Assembly (NCBI GenBank): GCA_033763455.1
Contig: JANRKO010000074.1
Coordinates: 54,715 to 118,714, forward strand
Length of the DNA stretch: 64,000 bases
Reading direction: 5' to 3'
Source: Polyangiaceae bacterium
Lineage (GTDB): Bacteria > Myxococcota_A > Polyangia > Polyangiales > Polyangiaceae
Below are positions 17,283 to 25,804 of this stretch, piece after piece (within the stretch, counting starts at the first letter, position 1; the number at the start of each line of letters is the position of its first letter). The position numbers and the translations under genes were made by a program. The notes under the pieces were generated by a model. It searched no databases. It worked only from the letters and a program-made list of their open reading frames with translations, and was not told the origin of the DNA.

Positions 17283-19102
17283 CGGCCCTCCGCTTCGACA
17301 TCACCGCGTTCTTGCGCATGACCGAGGGCCAGCACTTCGAGCGGAAATCTCTGTTTAAGGGCGAACCCGACAAGAAGAAACCGCGTGATCGCAAAGACGT
17401 GCGCGACCAAATTGCCGAGTGTGTCGCTGCGTTCGCAAATGCCGAAGGCGGGGTTGCGATCTTCGGCATCGAAGATGATGCAAGCGTTACCGGTCACAAG
17501 TATCCGACGGACGCGGTTGACGAGATGTTAAGCGTGCCATCTTCGAGAACCCAACCGCCCCAAGCGAACGGATTTCGGATCGAGCACGAGGGGAAAGAAT
17601 TGCTGGTGTTTGAGGTGGCCGTTGCGGATTCCCCCGTCATGGTCACCGGCAATGGTTATCCCCTCCGAGTCGGCGATAAGACCGTCAAGATGGAGGAGCC
17701 GAAGATCCGAGCGTTGAAACTCGAAGGGCTCGCCGAGAGCTGGGTGAATCGCCCGTCACGAATGACCATTGCCGACCTCAATCAGGCCCGGCTAGGCCAA
17801 GCCAAAGGTGGCGCGGGCTACCCTGACATCACTGACGAGGAATATCTCCTCAGGCGCAAGCTTGCGGATCGGAAAGGTGCCGGCTTGGTGTTGCGGCGTG
17901 CTGCCGAGCTTCTGTTTGCAAACGAGCCCGATCATCCAAACGCAGGGATCCGTATTTTCCGTATTCTCGGCACTGAGCGGCGTGTTGGAACCAACTACAA
18001 CGTCGAGGAAAGGCCGCGCATTGAGGGTCCTCTGCCGGTGGTGCTCGATGGTGCGTTCACAGAGATTGCTGGTTTGCTCAGGAAGCCCTCACGGTTACGG
18101 GGAACGCGCTTCAAGGAAACGCCCGAGTATCCCGAGTTTGCCTGGCGCGAGGCGATTCTGAATGCTGTTGCTCATCGTGACTACGGCAACCAAGGCCGCA
18201 GTATCGAAGTGTCGCTGTTTGATGATCATCTGGAGGTCTCGAGCCCAGGAGCTCTCCTGCCCGAGATCCACATGGACACCTTGCGAGCACGACAGCGTGT
18301 CCACCAGAGCCGCAATCCGCGACTGGTGCGTGCCCTCGTCGATCTTGGGTTCATGCGCGATCAGGGCGAAGGGATCCCTCGACTTTTTGCGGAGATGGAA
18401 GGTTTGTTTCTGCCCGCCCCTGACCTCGAGTCAGCTGCAAGCTTGTTCCGAGTGACACTCCTCAATACGCCAACGTTGACAACTGCGGATGGGGAGTTCA
18501 TTGGGGCACTCGGATCGGAGGAGCTCACCGATCTCGAATTCCGCGCATTGCTCGAAGCCTCGCGTCACAGTCGGGTGGACAACGCCCGTATGCGGGAGAT
18601 CGCCGGGCTCGACACTCTCGGCGCGAGCAAGCTGCTCCGAGGTCTAAGAGACAGGAAGTTACTTGTTCTTCAAGCAGCCGGTTCAAGTACCTATTACGAG
18701 CTATCCGAGGGTTTACGAACTTCTGGAGGCCTTGTGCCAAATGGGGGGGGGCTCGACGCTGAATGGGGGGGGGTTCGGGAGCAAATGGGGGGGAGCTCGG
18801 GAGCAAATGGGGGGGGGTTGTCTCCCGAGCAGCGCCGTCTGGTGGAGGGGCTGGGCAAGAAACCGCGCGCCGAGAAACTGCGCCCCGTAATCGAGTCCCT
18901 GCTTAGCGAAAGGTGGTGGGCATCGCGTGAACTCGCGGCTGTTCTAAATCGGGACGTCGGATCACTCGTTGAGGATCACCTGAGTCCGATGGTTCATGAG
19001 GGACGCTTGGAACGATCGCATACGGACCCAAGTCATCCTGCGCTGACCTATCGGACTGTGATTGGGCCGTTGTTTTCTAAGCAAAAGAAGGGTGTGCCAT
19101 GA
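17279..19102 (+). CDS. Schlafen/AlbA_2 domain + HATPase_c_4 (RecG-C-like) + winged-HTH protein
   Basis: EGQHFERKS, VAAFANAEGG.AIFGIEDD (AlbA_2); REAILNAVAHRDY, SPGAL, SRNP, GEGI (HATPase_c_4); two HTH-like C-terminal segments. Confidence 0.9.
   Translation: MTALRFDITAFLRMTEGQHFERKSLFKGEPDKKKPRDRKDVRDQIAECVAAFANAEGGVAIFGIEDDASVTGHKYPTDAVDEMLSVPSSRTQPPQANGFRIEHEGKELLVFEVAVADSPVMVTGNGYPLRVGDKTVKMEEPKIRALKLEGLAESWVNRPSRMTIADLNQARLGQAKGGAGYPDITDEEYLLRRKLADRKGAGLVLRRAAELLFANEPDHPNAGIRIFRILGTERRVGTNYNVEERPRIEGPLPVVLDGAFTEIAGLLRKPSRLRGTRFKETPEYPEFAWREAILNAVAHRDYGNQGRSIEVSLFDDHLEVSSPGALLPEIHMDTLRARQRVHQSRNPRLVRALVDLGFMRDQGEGIPRLFAEMEGLFLPAPDLESAASLFRVTLLNTPTLTTADGEFIGALGSEELTDLEFRALLEASRHSRVDNARMREIAGLDTLGASKLLRGLRDRKLLVLQAAGSSTYYELSEGLRTSGGLVPNGGGLDAEWGGVREQMGGSSGANGGGLSPEQRRLVEGLGKKPRAEKLRPVIESLLSERWWASRELAAVLNRDVGSLVEDHLSPMVHEGRLERSHTDPSHPALTYRTVIGPLFSKQKKGVP
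18740..18820. repeat. 22-nt-period repeat with four poly-G tracts inside the AlbA_2 gene
   Basis: AAT followed by G9, G9, G7 and G9 tracts starting at 18743, 18765, 18787 and 18809. Confidence 0.9.
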
Positions 19103-19876
19103 GCCCCCTGTGCTGCAAGGGAGCACGTATGGGTACGTCAGCGTACCCGTTCGCATCCAGGAATGCTTGCATCATCGTTGATGAGCTGCGATGAACACGC
19201 TGGGCCCGCCAGGATCTCGTGTACGTCGGGGCGAGCGTTATGCGGGCGAAGAGGCATCCTGACGCGTCGCTTTCCCCCAACCTCAAAAGCAAGGTCAGTC
19301 ATTCCCGTGCCTGAATCTGCCTTGGCCACCCCGAGCAGTCGCCACTCCTTCTGCTGAGCGAAAGCCGCCGGCTTGTGAACCGCGGAAGCAACCCCAGACG
19401 CTCTCAACGGGGCACCAGCAAGGAGGGCTTCAGTGCGGCGCCCTGAAGCCATGGGTCTCCCTCGCGAGCGTTCGCAGCCGTGCATGTGTGGCGTCCAGCC
19501 GGCTTCTCAAAGCCGTGGTGTCGTACTCTACTTCAAACAGGCCGTAGCCGAACTGCGGTATAACAAGTTCTTCGGAAAGAGTTCTGAAACCGATGGCGAA
19601 GGAGTCTTGCCCGAAATCCAGCCAGTGCTGGTCGCCATCACGCTCGGGGGTGAAGCATCCGATGAAGACGTCGAACGCGCTGGCAAGCTTGCCCCGTTCG
19701 AGCTTTCGCGCTGCACGCTCACCCGCCGCGACCCACAGCGCAGATCCACCTTCTACCGTAGGCTCCCACGTGGTCGGCGCGGAGTTCGTACCCGAGGTAC
19801 CGACCTCGCCCGAAAACAAAAATGTAGAACGCCACACGAAAATGTCTTTTGACCGGCGATCGCCCGTCTGACACAT
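19077..19876 (-). pseudogene. Frameshifted DUF2971-like gene
   Basis: Family-like motifs occur in order across three frames: DVFIGCF...HW.DF...FAIGF...FEVEYD; HKPAAFAQQKEWRLL...VHEILAGP; AFLDANGYADVPIR. Confidence 0.65.
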
Positions 19877-19985
19877 TGGTTACAGGCAGAGCGCATCGCT
19901 CGGGTACCCCCTCCGTACCGCGAAGGCTGCTGTTCGCCTCGGTCAGGATCGTGTTGCGCCGCGAGAGCGGTAAGGGTGCGTTTTC

Positions 19986-21773
19986 ATGTCAGCTTTCGCC
20001 AAGCGTACGGGTCTCCTATTTCCTCTGCTCCTCGCAGGGTGCACGTCAAGCCTCGACACTAACGGTGGGCGTCGTCCTGGTGGTGGGCAGGTCGCGCCGG
20101 GCGCTACTACCGAGACGCCAGGTAGCCCCGGCACCCCTAGCGCGAGCCCTCTCACTCCACCAGGCGGGATGACGTCGGCGGTCGTAACCCCGCCCGTAGT
20201 GATTGGCCCGCCACCCGTGGTACCCATGACCTGCACGGCTCCGTTCGATCCGGGATTCACGCCCCTCCGCCGCATGTCGCGCGGTGAATACGACAATACT
20301 GTTCGCGACTTGCTGGGTGACACGACGGCGCCTGCGCGCGCTTTTCCCAATGACGACAGCGTCATCGCGGCCAACCTGACGCTCCCGCAACTCCTGTTCG
20401 AAAAGTACTTCGACGCCGCCAAGACGCTCGCGACGGACGCTTGGGCAAGGCAGGTCGCCGGGACGCAAACGGTGTCGCTCTGGCCTTGCACGCCGTCTGC
20501 TACTGACCTGACCTGCGCTCGGCAGATCGTCTCCAGCTTCGCGACGCGTGCCTTCCGGAGGCCGGTGCCTGAGAGCGACCTCGCTCCCTATTTCGCCATC
20601 CTCTCGAAAGCGGAGACGCTCGGTGATTCGCTTGAGGTTGGCACCAAACAAGCTCTCCGAGCCGTGCTGCTGTCACCGAACTTCATCTACCGTCCGGAAT
20701 TTGACGTACCGGAGACGCCCGATGCGATTCACCAACTGAACCCTTTCGAGATTGCCAGCAGGCTCTCCTACTTCCTGTGGGCCTCGATGCCAGACGCCGG
20801 TCTGTTCGATCTTGCCACCCAGGGCACGCTGAGCAATCCCGAGGTTCTGCGCGCTCAGGCTAACCGCATGCTCACGGATCCTCGTTCAGTTGGCTTCGTC
20901 GAGAAATTCGGTGCCTATTGGCTCGGCATTTCGGGTATTGAGAACGCCAACCCCGACCCGGCGATCTATCCTACGTGGAGCGAGGAGCTGCGGGCGTCGA
21001 TGGCCGCTGAGACGCGCACCTTCCTCGGTGCCTTCGTGCACGAGCCCCACCCGCTTCGGAGCTCTCTGGATGCGAACTTCACCTTCCTGGATCAGCGGCT
21101 ATCAGATCACTACGGCATTAGCTTATCCGGTGGTACCGCCGATCCCTCGGGCCTCACGCGTGTACCCCTCCCGCAAGGTGTTCGCATGGGGCTTCTGGGT
21201 CACGCAAGCCTGCTCACCATGAACTCAAAGGCCACCGAGACAGCGCCTGTGCGTCGCGGCAAGTGGGTCCTTGGCAATTTGCTGTGCAGCGCGCCGCCGC
21301 CACCTCCACCAAATATTGACACGACCGAAGCCCCGCCGATGCCCGGCTCGGGTCCCCAAACGGCACGTGAACGCCTAGCTATTCATCGGGCCGATCCGGC
21401 CTGCGCGGGCTGCCACGCGGCGATGGATCCGGTTGGGCTCGGCCTTGAGAACTTTGACGGGCTTGGGCGCTACCGAAGCGTGGACTCCAACAACATCCCC
21501 ATTGACCCCTCGGGCATGCTTCCTACGGGCGAAGCCTTCACGACTTTCGAAGAGCTTCGCAGCATCTTGAAGTCCGACCCACGCATCACCACCTGTGCTG
21601 CGAGCTCCGTTCTCACGTACGCGTTGGCCCGGAGCACTACGGAGTCGGACAGTTGCCTCACTACAGACCTTGCGACCAAAGCAGACACCGCCAACAGCAG
21701 CCTCAGTGATCTCCTGCTTGGAGTCATTGAGAGTCCCTGGTTTACGTTCCGCCGCGGCGAGAAGCTGCCCTAA
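19986..21773 (+). CDS. DUF1592-family lipoprotein (DUF1587/1595/1592/1588/1585) with c-type heme motif
   Basis: Lipobox LLLAGC; LRRMSRGEYDNTVRDLLG; ASRLSYFLW.SMPD; PVRRGKWV; CAGCH; GLENFD. Confidence 0.93.
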   Translation: MSAFAKRTGLLFPLLLAGCTSSLDTNGGRRPGGGQVAPGATTETPGSPGTPSASPLTPPGGMTSAVVTPPVVIGPPPVVPMTCTAPFDPGFTPLRRMSRGEYDNTVRDLLGDTTAPARAFPNDDSVIAANLTLPQLLFEKYFDAAKTLATDAWARQVAGTQTVSLWPCTPSATDLTCARQIVSSFATRAFRRPVPESDLAPYFAILSKAETLGDSLEVGTKQALRAVLLSPNFIYRPEFDVPETPDAIHQLNPFEIASRLSYFLWASMPDAGLFDLATQGTLSNPEVLRAQANRMLTDPRSVGFVEKFGAYWLGISGIENANPDPAIYPTWSEELRASMAAETRTFLGAFVHEPHPLRSSLDANFTFLDQRLSDHYGISLSGGTADPSGLTRVPLPQGVRMGLLGHASLLTMNSKATETAPVRRGKWVLGNLLCSAPPPPPPNIDTTEAPPMPGSGPQTARERLAIHRADPACAGCHAAMDPVGLGLENFDGLGRYRSVDSNNIPIDPSGMLPTGEAFTTFEELRSILKSDPRITTCAASSVLTYALARSTTESDSCLTTDLATKADTANSSLSDLLLGVIESPWFTFRRGEKLP

Positions 21774-21809
21774 GCCGTGTCAAAAAGACACGAGAAGAAG
21801 GACGATTTC

Positions 21810-23198
21810 ATGAGAAAATCCTGGAAAATCAACAGACGCTGGTTGTTTGCGGGCGCGGGCAGCGCGTTGGCTCTTCCGCTGCTGGAGCAAATGAATTTTG
21901 CAAGGGCACAGGCTAACGGCGCGCGACGCTACCTGGGTATTTGCATGCCCAACGGCGTGCCCTCTGAGCAGTGGGTGCCCGCAGCCACGGGGGCCAACTA
22001 CACCCTCACTACCGCCCAGACGTCGCTGGAGGTGGTGAAGTCGGATATTATGGTCGTGAGCGGGCTCAGCAACAAAATCGCGGAGCAAAATGGTATAGGC
22101 AGCCTTCATTATGGCGGCGTGGCGGGCCTACTGACCTGCGCGGTTCCACAGCCCGGCAGCAGCCCAGTTATCGGCATTTCGATCGATCAGGTGCTCGCCA
22201 ACGCGGTGCGTTCAGGGACCCGCATCGCTTCCTTGCAGCTGGGTTTGAAGGAGGGCACCACCGTGGGCAGCGGCGCACAATGTGGCGCTGGCACGCCGTG
22301 CGTGTACGGGCGCGAGCTCTCATGGTCCGGTCCATCCACGCCCGTCTTGAAGGAGATCAGCGCGAAGGCCGCCTTTGATCGCATCTTCACGGGAGTCTCG
22401 CCGACGCCCGCTCCACCACCTGGCCCAGACCCGGCGCCCGCGCCCGCACCAACGGTTGACAAGGAACGCGAATACAACCAGAGCGTGCTGGACGCCGTGC
22501 GCGCTGACGCGCAGTTGCTTCAGGCAAGGCTTGGCGCCTCGGACAAGGAACGGCTGGAGCAATACCTCACTGCCGTACGCGAGCTCGAGCTTCGCGTCGG
22601 CGGCAGCGGGCTGCCCACTGGCGGTGGAGGTGAACCTGGTGGCGGAGGCACGGTACCCATAAGCTCCGGCTGCCAACCGGGCACGGGGCCCGCCGCGACG
22701 CTCACTTACGAAGAGCACGTGGCGGCCATGTACGAGGTGATAGCCCTCGCGTTTCAGTGCGACCTCACACGCGTGGCCACTCTGCTTCTGGGCGAAGCGG
22801 AGTGCGACTATGTTTTTCGGAGCCTGGGCCAGGGCGCGGTGTGGCACGAGGAGGTCTCACACGGCCAGCCCCAGGCGCACAACGAGATTATCCGCTGGCA
22901 TCTGGGTGAGTTCGCGAAATTCGTGATGCGACTGAAGGGCATGGTGGAGCCAGGAGGCACTACTGTGCTCGACCAAAGCGCCGTGTTCTTTGGAAGCGAT
23001 GTCAACGATGGCCCTGAGCACACCTTCACGGATATGCCCGTGATCCTTGCGGGGAGGGCGGGTGGCGCCATCAACCCCGGGCGCCACGTGCGCTTCAATG
23101 GCCAGCCGCTCGCGAACCTGCACCTGACGATGGCCCAAGCCGTGGGTCTGACCCAACAGAGCTTTGCGAACAGCACTGGAACGGTAAATCTCGCCTAG
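21810..23198 (+). CDS. DUF1552-family Tat-exported protein
   Basis: RRWLFAGAG..LALPLLE Tat-like leader; MPNG, SIDQ, DKERLEQYL..VRELE, AFQCDLTRVAT. Confidence 0.92.
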   Translation: MRKSWKINRRWLFAGAGSALALPLLEQMNFARAQANGARRYLGICMPNGVPSEQWVPAATGANYTLTTAQTSLEVVKSDIMVVSGLSNKIAEQNGIGSLHYGGVAGLLTCAVPQPGSSPVIGISIDQVLANAVRSGTRIASLQLGLKEGTTVGSGAQCGAGTPCVYGRELSWSGPSTPVLKEISAKAAFDRIFTGVSPTPAPPPGPDPAPAPAPTVDKEREYNQSVLDAVRADAQLLQARLGASDKERLEQYLTAVRELELRVGGSGLPTGGGGEPGGGGTVPISSGCQPGTGPAATLTYEEHVAAMYEVIALAFQCDLTRVATLLLGEAECDYVFRSLGQGAVWHEEVSHGQPQAHNEIIRWHLGEFAKFVMRLKGMVEPGGTTVLDQSAVFFGSDVNDGPEHTFTDMPVILAGRAGGAINPGRHVRFNGQPLANLHLTMAQAVGLTQQSFANSTGTVNLA

Positions 23199-23434
23199 AG
23201 GCGAAGCTGCGTCTTCGCTATGGCGGAGCTTCCGCAGGGATGAACTTGAGCTTGCCAATTCTTCGTGACTGGTGAGAGCGACGCGACCTTGGCTCGGTGC
23301 CCGCCTCATCGTTCGACGGGCCTCTCTCATCTGGCACACGCCCTGAGCGAATGGAGGTATGCGGCTTCTTTGTCGTGAAGATTCCACTACCTAAACCGCG
23401 CGCATCTGCGACAATGGCCGGGTTGGACACCTGA

Positions 23435-24319
23435 ATGCTGGCACTCACCGATGCCTATACGCCCTGGATTCATCTCGCGGCCGCGCATCCTCGCGGCCCG
23501 TGGGCAATCGTAGACCGAGTGCTGGCGCACTATCTCCTCGTTGTCGCCTATGATGGTGAGGAGGAGCTGATAGTCGAAGGGAACTCCTATCGAATTCCTG
23601 AGGGGGGCTCCTACCTAGTCCAACCCGGCGTGCTTGCAGAATACATCGGCTCCAAGAGCGGCAATCGGCCGGCATACGCGCACTTCGACCTCATCTTCAA
23701 CCCGCACAGAGACGAACATGGCAATACTCTGGGCTCTTCACCGACGTTAGCGGGGCGTGAACACTTGCTTCAGCCGAAGGCCAAGGAAGTTTGGGGCGTC
23801 GATCTGCCTTTGATTGTTCCGAACACGCTGCGCCCAATGATGTTCAAGGCCCTGGACCCTATTGTTCGGCGCTGGGAAACTGGGCAACCCCACGAACAGC
23901 TCATTGCTAATCAAGAACTCATTGCACTGATGCACTCTTGGGTATCGTACGAAGCCTCAAAAGCCGGAGCGCCAGAATGGCTTGACCCCGACGCGCGTAT
24001 CCGTCGAGCTGAGGCGCAGGCGCGGGCCAGACTTTCGCACGGCTTCGGAGTAGACGACTTCGCGAAGGCCGCACAGATGCCACGCGTCAGGTTCTCCCGT
24101 CTCTATCAGCAGCGCCGTGGTGTCACACCCGGGAAGGCGCTGATGGAAATGCGTCTTTCAGAGGCCATGCGCTTGCTTTCTCACACCAAGCTTTCGGTGC
24201 AAGAGATTGGAATCGAGGTTGGGTACTCCAACGCAACCGTGCTCGGTCGCCTGTTTCGCGAACGCCACGGAGTTTCACCGACCGAATGGCGGGCACGCTT
24301 CGCGAGCAGAGCAGGTTAA
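23435..24319 (+). CDS. AraC-family transcriptional regulator
   Basis: N-terminal cupin-like region; C-terminal RLSEAMRLL..TKLSVQEIG.EVGY.N...GRLFR...GVSPTEWR. Confidence 0.92.
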   Translation: MLALTDAYTPWIHLAAAHPRGPWAIVDRVLAHYLLVVAYDGEEELIVEGNSYRIPEGGSYLVQPGVLAEYIGSKSGNRPAYAHFDLIFNPHRDEHGNTLGSSPTLAGREHLLQPKAKEVWGVDLPLIVPNTLRPMMFKALDPIVRRWETGQPHEQLIANQELIALMHSWVSYEASKAGAPEWLDPDARIRRAEAQARARLSHGFGVDDFAKAAQMPRVRFSRLYQQRRGVTPGKALMEMRLSEAMRLLSHTKLSVQEIGIEVGYSNATVLGRLFRERHGVSPTEWRARFASRAG

Positions 24320-24382
24320 TCGGCGGCCTAGCTCCCCGGTCGCGCACCCTAGCAGCTCTAGCTTTGCTCGGGCCCGAATGTT

Positions 24383-25795
24383 TCAAACGAGCACGCCTGC
24401 AAGTGGACCGGTACCAAATTGCGGATCACCGAAGGTGTCCGTATTGACACCGACGGCGTTCATCATGGCAACGTGTAGCTTTGTGTGAGACTGATTAGTG
24501 ACGGCCAGGTGTTGGCCCGTTCGAACCTTCCCGCCTGCGCTGCCAAACAGGAAGGCGCGAATGTCCTCGTACGTGTGGTCCGAAGAGAAGGCGACTTCCG
24601 AACACCAGAATACAAGCGAATTATCCAGCAAAGTGGCCCCTCCTTCGTTCACGGCGTCCATGCGCCCGAGTAGGTACGCGGTCTGTTCTGAATACCAGCG
24701 GTTGATAATGCTCATCTGAGCGTCGGAGCGCGCTTCGCCAGCTTCGTGCGAGATGCTGTGGTGCGTGCGAGTGAGCGCACCGCAGGCAGCGCAACCGGAG
24801 GTATCGATCCATTCAAGCCGCTCCGCGGAACGCGCATAGGAGTACTGCAGTGAGGCAACCCGGGTGATCCCACACGCCAGCGCAAACACCAGAAGATCCG
24901 CTTGCTGCCGACCCACAATCGGAAAGTTTTCGTGCATGAGGTGGCTAGCCACTGGCATGAAGTTTCCTGCTTGGTCACAAGCAACCGGCCCAGCGGAGCC
25001 GGTAGCCAAGCCTTGCTCAAGTTGGCGCAGGAGCGTGAGGTGCTGATCCAAGCGCTCTCGGTCCGCCATGGCCACCGTAGCATTCATTGTCTCGTATTCT
25101 TTGACAACGAAGTCGATGACACTACGCCGCTTCATCAGATTCTCTGCTACCATGGCCGGATCGCCACCACCTGACCCAGGAGTGGCACCCGCAAAGAGCC
25201 GCGTATAGGCCGCCATCGGGCTGTCCTCAGGCGACACCGGCTGCACCGGACCCGTGTAGATCATCCGCGAAAACGGATGATTGCCGTAGCGAACGCTCGT
25301 TTGCACACCAAATTCGAGGGATTTGTAGCGGCTATTGCCTCCAATGGCGTTGGCGATGGCTTGGTCTACGGAGATGCCATTGGCGAACCCCACGGGATAA
25401 TCAGTGTTGCCATCTGCCTGCATGAGCGTTGGATCAACAGAATAGGTGCGGCCCGTGAGCATATGCCCCATCCCAACGGCGTGTTGATCACCCACGTCGC
25501 CGGCCGACGCGCTCGCCATGTCCACTCCCGTGATCGCAAGAAGCTTGCTCTTGAAGGGCAACACCGGCGCTGATTCGATTCCCAACGTGAAGTTGGTGCC
25601 AGCGCCTTGGGGATGGAATTCATTCAAACTGTTGCTGCCATTCGGCGTGAAGGCAATCACAAAGCGGGGCAACACTGCTTGGGCATGTGCCCGCTTAGGG
25701 AAGGATTCGAGGAATGGCAACCCAACGGTAATGCCTCCGGCCGCTCTCAGAAACGCTCGTCGTGTCGCAGTTCGGGATGGCTTATTCATGAACAT
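24383..25795 (-). CDS. DUF1552-family Tat-exported protein (second copy)
   Basis: TRRAFLRAAGG..GLPFLE; TPNG, SVDQ, DRERLDQHL, ALACGITRVA. Confidence 0.92.
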   Translation of the reverse strand: MFMNKPSRTATRRAFLRAAGGITVGLPFLESFPKRAHAQAVLPRFVIAFTPNGSNSLNEFHPQGAGTNFTLGIESAPVLPFKSKLLAITGVDMASASAGDVGDQHAVGMGHMLTGRTYSVDPTLMQADGNTDYPVGFANGISVDQAIANAIGGNSRYKSLEFGVQTSVRYGNHPFSRMIYTGPVQPVSPEDSPMAAYTRLFAGATPGSGGGDPAMVAENLMKRRSVIDFVVKEYETMNATVAMADRERLDQHLTLLRQLEQGLATGSAGPVACDQAGNFMPVASHLMHENFPIVGRQQADLLVFALACGITRVASLQYSYARSAERLEWIDTSGCAACGALTRTHHSISHEAGEARSDAQMSIINRWYSEQTAYLLGRMDAVNEGGATLLDNSLVFWCSEVAFSSDHTYEDIRAFLFGSAGGKVRTGQHLAVTNQSHTKLHVAMMNAVGVNTDTFGDPQFGTGPLAGVLV

Positions 25796-25804
25796 CTCCC
25801 GCGC

